Assembly (NCBI GenBank): GCA_041649295.1
Contig: JBAZNI010000001.1
Span: 76,720-140,719 of the forward strand
Reading direction: 5' to 3'
DNA from: Candidatus Pacearchaeota archaeon
GTDB lineage: Archaea > Nanobdellota > Nanobdellia > Pacearchaeales > GW2011-AR1
DNA: 64,000 nucleotides
The notes beneath the pieces are model-generated. The model saw nothing but the letters and a program-made list of their open reading frames with translations, had not been told where the DNA came from and ran no database searches. How positions within the stretch are numbered: position 1 is the stretch's first letter; every line of letters starts with the position of its first letter. Positions 29,091-39,463 of the stretch are shown piece after piece. Made by a program: the position numbers and the translations under genes.

Positions 29091-29175
29091 GATTAATGTG
29101 AATAAAAATTTGTTGTTCTTTAAGCATGTGAGCTAGTTGATAGTAGAATAAAATTATATTAAATGTATCAAAACA

Positions 29176-29195
29176 AAACGAGTAGACATGGTTTC
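29176..29195. other. 3-prime arm of the pre-23S processing stem (complementary to 33667-33686)
   Basis: AACGAGTAGACATGGTTTCC is the exact reverse complement of GGAAACCATGTCTACTCGTT at 33667-33686; the two flank the 23S gene. Confidence 0.6.
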
Positions 29196-29490
29196 CTTAT
29201 AGATTTAAATTGTAGCTTTTAGTAACTGCAGACTGAACACGTCGCCGAAGCTTCGTGCTTACATCTCAGTTCTATCAACGTCCTCTTCTTGGACGGCCTA
29301 AATTGTCTCGTTTTGCGGATGGCTTCGTGCTTAGATGCTTTCAGCACTTATCCATACAATGCGTAGCTGCTCGGCATGCTCATAACAACCGATACACCAG
29401 AGGCATCCAAGTACCGTTCCTCTCGTACTAGATACTCGTTCCACTCAGACAATAACACACCTAGTAGATATCATACAAACTGTCTCACGT

Positions 29491-30254
29491 ATATTTTTCC
29501 ACTTTTTCAAGTTGGTATGGACTATACCTTCATCCTTACTTTTTGTAAGGAGATCGACGTCTTAGCCATCTTTTGCAAGATGACTCTTGAGCTAAACTCT
29601 CAGTCTCTACGGGGATAAAGATTTATTTACCACTTCATAAGTTAATTTTCTTTTCTTAGAATAGTTAAGTTCTTTGAACTTATCTACAAGCTTACAAATA
29701 TCTAGAAAATCTTCATCAGATTTTTTATTATCTAATTTATTTAAGATTTCTAAACCAAGTTTTACTTGTCTTTTCTTTAACTTTATATATGGTTGCAGAA
29801 GTATCAAAATTTTATGAACTTCTTTTGGTTCAACAATAGTATAATCGCTAATTCCTGTTTTACGATGACGAATACATCCATTCTCAAATATATTTTTAAG
29901 CCATTCTAAAATCTCTTTATATTCTGTTTTTTGATAAAATGCTACTGAGCTTCTTATCTGAAACTTTTGTTTATAATCTGGCCTTGAAACTATCTGAAAG
30001 AAAATGCTTCCATCTCCATCTAAGAATCCTGCGATATATGCAAGTGTTGTTTCATCTGCAAATCTCATCTTCCCTCGGTATTACCATGCTTTATCTGTTT
30101 TTAATCTTTTATTTTAATCCTAAAAGGACAAATAAGTTTAGGTTTCACCGATATGAGTCGATTTTATTTTTCATAACATTACTGCTATGCAACGCCGTGT
30201 TTTGTGTTAACTCCATATTTCTATATTCACATGGGTCTGCTGGTTTTGTGTTGA
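29491..30254 (-). other. 23S intron 1 (about 764 nt) in the AACGUC-GUGAGACAG region, E. coli about 2593; likely archaeal BHB-type
   Basis: Exon sequence GGGTTAAGAACGTC (30255 and up) resumes as GTGAGACAGTTTG at 29489 and down. Intron does not end in G and the 5-prime exon junction is ambiguous, arguing against group I. Confidence 0.7.
29607..30068 (-). CDS. LAGLIDADG homing endonuclease (intron 1 encoded)
   Basis: LAYIAGFLDGDGSIFFQ motif, 153 aa, fully inside the intron. Confidence 0.85.
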   Translation of the reverse strand: MRFADETTLAYIAGFLDGDGSIFFQIVSRPDYKQKFQIRSSVAFYQKTEYKEILEWLKNIFENGCIRHRKTGISDYTIVEPKEVHKILILLQPYIKLKKRQVKLGLEILNKLDNKKSDEDFLDICKLVDKFKELNYSKKRKLTYEVVNKSLSP

Positions 30255-30907
30255 CGTTCTTAACCCAGCTAACGATCCCTTTTAATATGTGAACTCCAGC
30301 ACCCTTGGTAGCTTATGCACTACCAGGTTAGGAAGAGCCGACAGCGATGTACCAAACCGCCCCGTCAATACGGACTATCGGGGGCGACAAGCCTGTTATC
30401 CTTGGGGTACCTTTTCTGTCACATTCGGAATCTATTAAGAATTCTCGAAGGTTCGCTAGAACCAGCTTTCGCTTCTGCATTTCTTGCTTTTCGAAATACA
30501 GTTAGATGAGCTTTTGCTCTTACACTCGACTCCAGATTTCCACCCTGGATGAGCTCATCTTTGTGCCCTGTAGATAGATTTTCTACAGGGTGCCGCCCCA
30601 GCCAAACTGCCCACAAGCTGCTGTTCTCTCAAGAGAGTAAGTGGTTCCTTAATTGGTAAGTAGTATTACACTGTTGCTCCACATCTACCGAAGTAAATGT
30701 CTCGACGCTCCTACCTATTCTATGTATCAATCAAAAAATCACAACAACATGCTGCAGTAAAGGTCCACAAGGTCTTAGCTTCCCACTAGGCATCACCGGC
30801 CTTTTCACCGGTTAATGATTTCAGAAGGTTCTGGTTAGGGACAGCGACCACCTCGTTAAACCATTCATGCAAGTCGCCATTCAGACGACAAGGTATTACG
30901 CTACCTT

Positions 30908-31742
30908 AAGCAAACTGTTACTTTTATAACCTTGAATTATTCAAGGCGGGTTTGCGCGAGCAAACCTCTATATGTCTCCATATAGATCGGACTATATCAT
31001 CACAAATTGCAATTTAGTTTTGTGTTTGGCGTATAGTCTCTGAGGATTCTAGAATTAAAATTATTTTGTTTTTTTAGTTTCATCTAAAAAACATTTTGAA
31101 AGCAATCTATCTAATGAATCATCAATTGCTATTTGTATGAATTCCTCTGGAGGAACTGCATAAAAATCCATCTTAGATTTACTCGATGTAAAAATAGGTA
31201 TTCCAGATTCAAACACTTTTGCTATTGGAATCCACAACCAAGTTTTATAATCAAATTCTTCATTTGATAAAACATACCAAATACTCAAACTAAATTTTCT
31301 TTGAATTGAAGAATAATTTTTTGTTTCTTCACTATCTATTGGATATGTTTTATATTCAGAACTTAATTTTTTGTATTTTACATCAACAAAAATAAATCCT
31401 AAATTTGGAATTAAAATTAAAAAATCAGGACGTTTTCCACTGAAATATTTTTTAAAAGCAAAAGATAATGTTTGAGTATCTTGTTGCAAATATAGATATG
31501 GTATATTATGTCTGTCTAGCCATTCTCTAAATTTTATTTCAGCTTCATTTCCTTTTTTCTTATTTTCTTCCTCTATCTGATTCATTTTAGATTAAGGTTG
31601 GCTTTACTTATAATTTTTTCTATTCTAGTCTTTCCTGCGGATTGTCCTTATCTTTTAAATTTTTACTATTGATAAACAATTAGTACCAAAAGCTTAACAG
31701 GATTTTCCCGCATACAGCCAAATTTAAACGCCCCCTAAATTG
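30908..31742 (-). other. 23S intron 2 (about 835 nt) between GUAACUAUGACCCU and AAGGUAGCG (domain IV, E. coli about 1923-1931)
   Basis: Exon landmarks are contiguous in E. coli but separated here by about 835 nt containing an ORF. Confidence 0.65.
31061..31585 (-). CDS. PD-(D/E)xK-fold nuclease, putative intron-encoded homing endonuclease (intron 2)
   Basis: RPDFLILIPN...FIFVDVKYKK gives the D...(D/E)xK motif arrangement; 174 aa, fully within the intron. Confidence 0.55.
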   Translation of the reverse strand: MNQIEEENKKKGNEAEIKFREWLDRHNIPYLYLQQDTQTLSFAFKKYFSGKRPDFLILIPNLGFIFVDVKYKKLSSEYKTYPIDSEETKNYSSIQRKFSLSIWYVLSNEEFDYKTWLWIPIAKVFESGIPIFTSSKSKMDFYAVPPEEFIQIAIDDSLDRLLSKCFLDETKKTK

Positions 31743-33666
31743 AGGGTCATAGTTACCCCCGCCGTTTGATGGGCATTAGCCCCCTTGAAAAGAGGTTTCA
31801 GACACCACCACTGGACAGGTCTCACCGATTATACAAGTCCTTTCGGATTAGCAATCGGCTACGTTTTTGATAAACAGTCGGGCAGTCCTTGTTACTTAGA
31901 TCTACATATGCCTTCTAATATCAAAGACAAATATAGACACCCTTTATACCGAAGATACAGGGCCAATGTGCCGAATTCCCTTAACCAGTTTATCCCTTAC
32001 AGGTCTTAGCCTTCTCAGCTAGGGCACCAGTGCTAGATCTAGGTACAGCTATGCACTTTCTATTTATAGAACTTTTCACTGGCTCCGGGAATCAGGGGTT
32101 TTAGTTAAGATATTCATTTGCATCTTAGCATTATGCTCAACAAATTTCTATCTTAAATTCGCTTTCGCGACTCCACTTATCCAGAAGCAATTCCATAACA
32201 TAACAAAAGCACAAAGTTCAGGAATATTAACCTGATTTCCATCGAAGTGCTCAATTAAGACACTCCTTAGGTACTGACTAACCCTTGGCTAACGTATATT
32301 GCCAAGGAAACCGTGCCCTTACGACCTTTTCCATTCTCAGGAAAATTTGATCCTACTCCAGCCAGGATTTTCATTGCTTTTTGTTCCACACACTCTTTCG
32401 AGAATGCTTCTGCACAAAAAGCACGCCAGTTTACCAGAACACTCATCTGAGTGCCTCTATGGTATCGGTAGTATGCTTAGCCCCGTCCATTTTCAGGGCC
32501 AAAAACCTCGATAGGTGAGCTGTTACGCTTTCTTTAAAGGGTGGCTGCTTCTGTGCCTACCTCCCCACTGTCTCAGGTTTAAGACACCTTTTGATACACT
32601 TAGCATACATTAGGGACCTTAACCATAGTCTCCCTTGTTCGGGTCTCGGAACAGGACCTTACGCCCTGCCCCCGTTTCTTATTTTAAGCAGTATACAAAT
32701 TCTGAGTTGGAAAGAGTTCCGTAGCATAATGCTCTGCAAACTCAATCCGTACTTTACCTCGTATACAAACAAAATAAGGCTATACTAAGGCATATTTCAA
32801 CTGGAACCAGCCATCGCCAGATTAGATAGGCTTTTCACCCCTAATCACAAGTCATCCAAGTACATGCACATAACACCGGTTCAGGCCTCCATCCTTATTT
32901 CTAAGAACTTCGCCTTGCTCATGATTAGATCATCTGGCTTCGGGTCAATCCTCTGTGACTAAACGCCCTTTCAGACTCGCTTTCGCTTTGGCTACCAAAT
33001 GTTAACCTCGCCACAAAAAATAACTCCCTGGCCCATTTTTCGAAACGTACGTTACAACACCTTAATGCCGTAACAAACCGTGACTGTTAGATTTCAAGTC
33101 TTTTAACTCTCTGCCAAGAGTACTTTTCAGCTTTCCCTCGCGGTACTAGTACGCTATCGGACTTAAGTTAATATTTAGGGTTCGGAATTAATCTTCCGGT
33201 ATTCAGACCTCCAATTCGGGAAGCCCTACTCTTTTAAGAAACACCATATATTTTTATCTACGGGACTATCACCCTGTATTGTGCAACTTTCCAGAAACTT
33301 CAATAAAAATACTTAGGCATTGATTCTCACCACATCTCTATCTCTCTTTCGAAAGAAGATTCAGTTTGCCCTCTACCCTTTTCACTCGCTGTTACTAAGG
33401 GTATCGCTTTTGCTTTCTTTTCCTGCAGGTACTAAGATGTTTCAATTCCCTGCGTATGCCTGCTTCTCAGCATTCTCCGAAGAGAATGTAGAATCACATT
33501 AGGAGATCCCAAGATCAAAGTTCGCATGCAACTCCCTTGGGCTTTTCGCAGCTTGCCACGTCCTTCATCGCAACTTAAGCCAAGCTATCTGTCTAACAGC
33601 CTGTAAAATCAAATCTAAAGATATCATTAATAGATTTCTCTATCAAGATACCTATGGGAAACCATG

Positions 33667-33686
33667 TCTACTCGTTTCATTGACTA
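33667..33686. other. 5-prime arm of the pre-23S processing stem
   Basis: See 29176-29195. Confidence 0.6.
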
Positions 33687-34034
33687 TGAAAACTACTAGT
33701 TTTAATTAACTAATAATTTTTTAATTTATGTCTCAACTCCCCCCTCTAAATTTTTAAAGAGGTTCATATATTTCGACTAATTTACCGTCGATAAATAGCA
33801 ACCAGAATTAATCCATAGAGCTCTCTAAATTTAGAAAACTCTTATATGAATATCTGCTGATTACCATTTGATAAGATAGTTAGAAAAAAGAGGTTTAAAA
33901 AGGTTGCTGTCGTGTTTCTCTGGTGCATTAAGTGGTCTTAAAATTAGAAGAAGGAGAAAGTTTTTTAAATAACAATATGGTATAATTTTATGAGGTGGTA
34001 GTGCCTCAGACACTAATTCTGAGAGAGTGAAAAA

Positions 34035-34406
34035 ATGAAAAGAAGAATAGAATTAACTGAAGTATTATCAAACAGCAATTACAACAATTGTACGATTCGT
34101 ATTTATAAAGAAGGAGAGGATTATCCTTGTTCTGCATCAGATGAATTTTGCTTATGGAAAATAGATAATCATTATGTATTACAAATGCACTTAAAGTTAA
34201 GTCGTAATGTTCAAGGTTATTTTGAATGTTTGCCCGAAGTTTTTGGAGTATCTGATACGCTTGATGAAGCTCAAAAAAGGTTGCATGAAAAATCTAAATT
34301 AACTGCAGAAAAATTAGCTGAATATCTTCGTTTATATGGAGATATAATAGAATTAGTTGATAATACAAAATTTGCACCTGAAAGATTGCCAAGAGGGGGA
34401 AAGTAG
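34035..34406 (+). CDS. Hypothetical protein inside the 16S-23S spacer
   Basis: 123-aa ORF preceded by a purine-rich RBS-like GAGAGAGTGA. Confidence 0.3.
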   Translation: MKRRIELTEVLSNSNYNNCTIRIYKEGEDYPCSASDEFCLWKIDNHYVLQMHLKLSRNVQGYFECLPEVFGVSDTLDEAQKRLHEKSKLTAEKLAEYLRLYGDIIELVDNTKFAPERLPRGGK

Positions 34407-34647
34407 AAATTCAATTAAAACTTTTATTAATCAATTCTAACCACCCATTCTCACTTTCAAATAAAATTATAATATATTTCATAACCCTTCATTAAATTCT
34501 ATTAAATAATTCTTTACATTATCACTTGAAGAAAATATCTTCTTTGCAGTATCCAAATCTATACTATTTAAAATATTCATAAAAGAGTTAAGGAATTACG
34601 ACTTTTAACCCTTTCTACCAACCGACAACGCACTAGAGAACTGTCGG

Positions 34648-34905
34648 TTAAAACATTTCAGTTGTTTTATCACAATTCATTTCACATCCAACGTAATACA
34701 TTAATGGTGCTATGAGAATTTTATCTGAAGATATAATTGCTCTGCTTATATCATAGTATCCTGCTTTTTCAGCAATTATATAACCCACCTTTCCTAAAGT
34801 AAAAGCTATTGTCACCCCATCTTTTTTTTCAGTAATTCTTTTTCTTGAAACTTCTATTAAATGTTTTCTTTTATTGCCGTCATCGTCGTGATTTGTATCT
34901 TTCAT
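34648..34905 (-). CDS. Small hypothetical protein (module A cargo)
   Basis: 85 aa; N-terminus MKDTNHDDDGN resembles that of 35140..35343. Confidence 0.3.
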   Translation of the reverse strand: MKDTNHDDDGNKRKHLIEVSRKRITEKKDGVTIAFTLGKVGYIIAEKAGYYDISRAIISSDKILIAPLMYYVGCEMNCDKTTEMF

Positions 34906-34944
34906 ATTATTTTAGAAATATTTGTGTTTAAAAAGGTTTATTTA

Positions 34945-35039
34945 TATGGACCTGCCGGCGGAAAAATTAGGAAAATTTTAGTGCCGTCAGTTCCTATCAA
35001 CTTCGCTTCGCTCAGTTGATTAAATGGACCTGCCGGGAA
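34945..35039. repeat. 95-bp repeat A bounded by the tRNA-Ala 3-prime-end mimic (GGACCTGCCGG at both ends)
   Basis: Identical to 35384-35478. Minus-sense reads TTCCCGGCAGGTCCA...hairpin CAACT-GAGCGAAGCGA-AGTTG...CCGGCAGGTCCATA. Confidence 0.8.
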
Positions 35040-35076
35040 TTGAACCCCGAGCTCCTCGTTGCAAACAAATATATCC
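35025..35076 (-). pseudogene. Degenerate tRNA-Ala 3-prime half (acceptor, T-arm and anticodon loop TTGCAA)
   Basis: GGACCTGCCGGGAATTGAACCCCGAGCTCCTCGTTGCAAAC is about 75% identical to the 3-prime half of the intact tRNA-Ala at 35572-35642. Confidence 0.45.
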
Positions 35077-35139
35077 TAAAGGTAACTTTTTTGTGATGAG
35101 ATAATGTTTCATTAAAGCCTTTTTAATTTACATCAATAA

Positions 35140-35343
35140 TTACCTGAATAATCCTCTCATTCTTCTATCATGCCTTCTTTTTTCATTTGGAGTTTCATAA
35201 TATACTCCTCCATCACCATGAAATTTCCTAGTACAATATGGACGAATATAAGGGGGAATTGGCACGCCTAATCTATCCCTAAATCTCAAATTATTATCAC
35301 TATCATCATCACTTTGCTCTCTGTTAGTATCAGTTTTTTCCAT
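35140..35343 (-). CDS. Small hypothetical protein (module B cargo)
   Basis: 67 aa, acidic N-terminus DDDSDNN. Confidence 0.3.
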   Translation of the reverse strand: MEKTDTNREQSDDDSDNNLRFRDRLGVPIPPYIRPYCTRKFHGDGGVYYETPNEKRRHDRRMRGLFR

Positions 35344-35383
35344 ATTGTTTATTCCAAATATCTTATTTATAAATCCTTTGTTT

Positions 35384-35478
35384 TATGGACCTGCCGGCGG
35401 AAAAATTAGGAAAATTTTAGTGCCGTCAGTTCCTATCAACTTCGCTTCGCTCAGTTGATTAAATGGACCTGCCGGGAA
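35384..35478. repeat. 95-bp repeat B (copy of 34945-35039)
   Basis: 100% identical over 95 bp. Confidence 0.8.
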
Positions 35479-35571
35479 CCAGAAACTCATAGAGTTTTGG
35501 CACAAAGAAATATTTTTTCTTTGATGTCTTCGATTTCCAGGCAGTATATTGAATTATAGAAATAATATATA

Positions 35572-35642
35572 TGGACCTGCCGGGAATCGAACCCAGACCC
35601 GTTCGTTGCAAACGAACAATTCTACCATTAGACTACAGGCCC
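35572..35642 (-). tRNA. tRNA-Ala(UGC) in the rRNA spacer
   Basis: Hand-folded: acceptor GGGCCTG/CAGGTCC with G3-U70, anticodon loop TTTGCAA, T-loop TTCGATT. Confidence 0.85.
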
Positions 35643-35678
35643 TTATTCTAAGAATAAATTTATTACTTTTAAATCTTT

Positions 35679-35924
35679 TTAATTCTTTTTAATTCTTTTA
35701 TGATACACTGAATAACCAATTGTCCCTGCCTTTAATAATTCCCCGCTTCCTGTCCAAAGGATTCCTTTTCCAACTAATTCTGTCTCTGGAAAATTATGTC
35801 CAATTGCATAAAACGCTAATCCCACGCATGATAAACTTGTTGCGCCATAAATAAAACTTTTTCCAGCATCACTGACTAAATCCCTTAACCCCGAAACATT
35901 TCTTAAATGATTCATTAAAAACAT
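35679..35924 (-). CDS. Small hypothetical protein
   Basis: 81-aa ORF between the MazG-like gene and tRNA-Ala. Confidence 0.3.
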   Translation of the reverse strand: MFLMNHLRNVSGLRDLVSDAGKSFIYGATSLSCVGLAFYAIGHNFPETELVGKGILWTGSGELLKAGTIGYSVYHKRIKKN

Positions 35925-36020
35925 AGTATATGTTTATTTATAAATATAGTGGACATAAAGTTCCACTATATTTTTTAGTGATTTGAAAAGTGTCTGTATA
36001 AGAGAATATGTTGGAAATTA

Positions 36021-36350
36021 TTAACGAGAGTCTCCATCTCCATGAAGAACACCTCTTTCTTTTCTAGATTTTAACTTTTCTATATTCTCTTCTGCAATTT
36101 CCTGAAGTGAAAAACCCAGTTCTGTAGATAATTGCGATAGATACCAAAGGATATCTCCTAATTCTTTTTTTAAATCGTTTATTCTTTTTTCTTTATCTTG
36201 ATTATTAGAATCCCTTAATATTTTTTTTAACTTTTCCATAACTTCTCCAGTTTCTCCACTCAATCCCAAAGAAGGATAAATCCAAGAAGGGTTTAATCTG
36301 GGATAAATCGCAGTTTCTTTTGATTTTTCTTGATATTCTTTAAAGTCCAT
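36021..36350 (-). CDS. MazG-like all-alpha nucleotide pyrophosphohydrolase
   Basis: LGLSGETGEV...ELGDILWYLSQL typical MazG/HisE-like EExxE/D motifs, 109 aa. Sits between 16S and tRNA-Ala. Confidence 0.55.
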   Translation of the reverse strand: MDFKEYQEKSKETAIYPRLNPSWIYPSLGLSGETGEVMEKLKKILRDSNNQDKEKRINDLKKELGDILWYLSQLSTELGFSLQEIAEENIEKLKSRKERGVLHGDGDSR

Positions 36351-36563
36351 AATAATTCATTGATTTTTAGAGTTATAAAACTTATCACACTTTGTGTAAG
36401 AAGATTTATGATAAAAAATGTAGCACAATTTATAAAAATTGTTGTATAGAAAATTATTCAAAATAATTTTTAGTGTTCTTAAATTAACACCTTAGCTATT
36501 TTGTTTAACTTACAGAATTAAAATGAAAAATGCAAATAGTTTCCAAGTGAATAATATAATTTA

Positions 36564-38001
36564 GGAGGTGATCCATCTGCAGGTTCCCCTACAGATACCT
36601 TGTGACGACTTAACCTACCTTGTCTTACAAAATTTCGAATCAAACGAGCCTCAACAATGCAAAACTCGGTTGGTTTGACGGGCAGTGTGTGCAAGGGGCA
36701 GGGACTTATTCACCGTTCACTGATAATGAACGATTACTACGGATTCCGGCGTCATGAAGCTGGGTTGCAAGCTTCAATCTGAACTAAGCTGGATATTTAA
36801 GATTGGCTCCTCTTTTCAGAGTTGCATCTCATTGAATGCAGCATTGACGCGCGCGTGTAGCCCAGGGGATTCGGGCAGTACTCACCTAACGTAGCCCGCA
36901 CCTTCCTCCCGGTTACCCGGGCAGTCTGTATACTGTTCTTCTTTGAAGTAAGTATACACACGGGTCTCGCCTGTTACCTGATTTAACAGGTCATCTCACG
37001 ACACAGGCTGACGTCGGCCATGCAACTCCTCTCAGCGTGTCAGGTAAGCCCTTCAGACTGACCTTCATTCTGCTGTCGCTCCTGGTGAGGTTCACGGTGT
37101 AGAATCTAATTGAACCGCACGCGTCACCCGTTGTAGTGCCCCCCCGCCAATTCCTTTAAGTTTCGGCCTTGCGACTATACTTCCCAGGTAGCACACTCTC
37201 CGGCTTCCCTACAGCACCGATGCCTCTCGAAGAGATACCGATGTTTAGTGTGCAGTGTTTACTGCTAGGACTACAAGGGTATCTAATCCTTTTCGCGACC
37301 CTAGCCTTCATCTCTCACTGTCAGATCTGTACTCGTAAGGTGCCTTCGCTATTGTTAGTCCATATAGGATCAACCCATTTTACCGGTACCCAATATGTAC
37401 TCCTTACGTCTTCCAGTCCCTAGCCATGCAGTATCTTTTGCGCGCCCTATATTTAAGATATAGGATTTTACAAAAGACTTACATAGCAAGCTACAGATGT
37501 TTTAGACCCAATAAATGTGGCTGCGACTTGAACCGCTGGTATTACCGCGGCGGCTGGCACCAGTCTTTCCCGGTCCTTATTCGCCAAACTTTTTACATTT
37601 AGCAAAAGTTTTTTCTTTTCGAAAAAACACTCTGGTTCACTTTGTCACGCTTTCGCGCATTGCAAAATATTCTTAACTGCTGCACCCCGTAGGGCTAGGA
37701 ATAGTGTCTCAGATTCCTTCTCAGGGCCTCTCCGCTAAGAGCCCTTACTGATCATCGGCTTGGTGGGCCATTGCCCCGCCAACAACCTAATCAGCCGCAG
37801 CCCCATCTTAAGGCTCGAATTTCAAAGATTATACATTCCAGTAATAATCTTCTATTGAGTATTGTTCTCAGTTTCCCGAGGGTATCCTCAACCTTAAGTA
37901 AGGTTAGCTACGTGTTACTGAGCAGTTCGCCCTCTTTCGAGAGACTTGCATGTCTAAACACAAACCAGATAGCCGCAGCCGCCAGCAGGATAAACTGGAA
38001 T
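36564..38001 (-). rRNA. 16S rRNA (archaeal, about 1438 nt, no intron)
   Basis: Reverse complement gives 5-prime ATTCCAGTTTATCCTGCTGGC, GTGCCAGCCGCCGCGGTAATAC, and 3-prime AAGTCGTCACAAGGTATCTGTAGGGGAACCTGCAGATGGATCACCTCCT. Confidence 0.9.
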
Positions 38002-38250
38002 TAACCAATTACTTGCTTGGTGCAATATAAACATAGTTTATAGTTAATATTAAGGAAAACATATTAACGACCTAATCCTCCGACGGTCTTAACATTACAA
38101 CTTGGTAACTATTTGCATACCTCATCCCATATTAAAAATATGGAACTCATTTTAGCGAAGATAAACTTCGCTCATTACGTAATGAGAGTAAACTCTCAAT
38201 ATGATAAAATTAAATTGATGAAATAGGTTTATAAAGCTTTGGGAAAATTT

Positions 38251-38955
38251 TCAAAAATCAATAAGGGTAAGTACACCATAAAAGAGCAACAATAAAGATG
38301 TAAGAATAATTGGAGTCCAAATTAAAAGGATTTTTTTCTTTTTTGATTCACTAACTTGTTTTTTATTCAAATATAAATTTATTCCTATTAAAATTATGAG
38401 GGATATGTGTGAAAACAATATTAAAAACGAAAGAGTTGTATTAATTATTGTAGCTTCAATAAGAGAATTAAGATTATAATATGTAAAATATTCTACAACA
38501 TACCTTATTTTTTCAACAATTATATCTAAGATTAGATACATTAAAAAGAAGATTAAAACTCCCCCAAAAGCATATTTGGTAGTTTCAATTTTTTTGGAAA
38601 AGTGAGCAATCAAAACCGGGGGTAAAATAGTGATTATCATAATAAATATTAGGGTTAATATAGGAGACAAAGGATAAAAAAAAATAAAGAATTCAGAACA
38701 TAAAATAACCCAGAAAATTATTATTGAGGTTACTAGAGCAATTACCCCAATAATCATTAAAATCATCTTTCTTTTTTTAGGGTATTCAAGAGAAATAAAA
38801 TAAACTGTTAAAAATAACGATAGTATTCCAAAAACAGTGAGAAAGATAATACTGTCTTGATACCTATCAAAATTTGGAATACCTACTATATAGATAATTA
38901 ATGAAATTAATATAAAACACACAAAAGAAATTATTGCTTTTGTTTTATATTCCAT
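38251..38955 (-). CDS. Polytopic membrane protein
   Basis: About 7 TM helices, 234 aa. Confidence 0.4.
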   Translation of the reverse strand: MEYKTKAIISFVCFILISLIIYIVGIPNFDRYQDSIIFLTVFGILSLFLTVYFISLEYPKKRKMILMIIGVIALVTSIIIFWVILCSEFFIFFYPLSPILTLIFIMIITILPPVLIAHFSKKIETTKYAFGGVLIFFLMYLILDIIVEKIRYVVEYFTYYNLNSLIEATIINTTLSFLILFSHISLIILIGINLYLNKKQVSESKKKKILLIWTPIILTSLLLLFYGVLTLIDF

Positions 38956-39122
38956 AACTAATTTAAGGTTTTAAGCATTATAAATCTTTTGAAAATTAAT
39001 ACCTCATTCTACTTAAGATAAACACCTTTAATCATCGATAGAATAGTTTGCTTTAACATTAATCTGAATATATTTAGTTAAACTACACTTTAATTAATTT
39101 TTTAATTTTAGTAATAAAGAAA

Positions 39123-39407
39123 TTAATAGTATCCTCTTAATCTAATTGTATGGGTGTCGGTATGTTTTGGAGACATTTCATAACCATCATACATTGCCTC
39201 TTCATTCTCTAATCTTGCTCTTCGAATATTCGGGTCTTTTCTTGCTATGTCTTCTGGAACTTCTTTTTTGCCAAAGAACCAACCATAATATACATCAGTG
39301 AATACATGTTGAAGTTCACAATCAAGAGTAGAACAATAGCTAACAACCCTTATATTTTTTAGTTCTCTTTTATATTTTAATGTTATCCTATATTCTTTTC
39401 TTCCCAT
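39123..39407 (-). CDS. Hypothetical protein
   Basis: 94-aa ORF. Confidence 0.3.
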   Translation of the reverse strand: MGRKEYRITLKYKRELKNIRVVSYCSTLDCELQHVFTDVYYGWFFGKKEVPEDIARKDPNIRRARLENEEAMYDGYEMSPKHTDTHTIRLRGYY

Positions 39408-39463
39408 TTTATTCCCTATTCTTATTTTATTTATCCATGAGTTTTATTTAATTCAGATTAGAT

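Larger units (their letters stand above)
29212..33625 (-). rRNA. 23S rRNA with two introns (mature length about 2.85 kb)
   Basis: Matches to 23S landmarks in reverse complement: GATAAGTGCTGAAAGCATCTAAGCACGAAGC (3-prime domain), GGATAACAGGCT...CGATGTCGGCTC, GTAACTATGACCCT...AAGGTAGCG, and CGATGAAGGACGTGGCAAGCTGCG at the 5-prime end. Ends approximate. Confidence 0.85.

Noticed and set aside
29376-33502. ORF-track entries 29376..29618, 29939..30292, 30315..30509, 30419..30616, 31785..32009, 32299..32514, 32591..32788, 33320..33502
   Set aside because: They lie inside 23S rRNA exons or introns on either strand, so they are chance ORFs in structured RNA.
37169-38004. ORFs 37169..37423 and 37771..38004
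   Set aside because: Inside the 16S rRNA gene.
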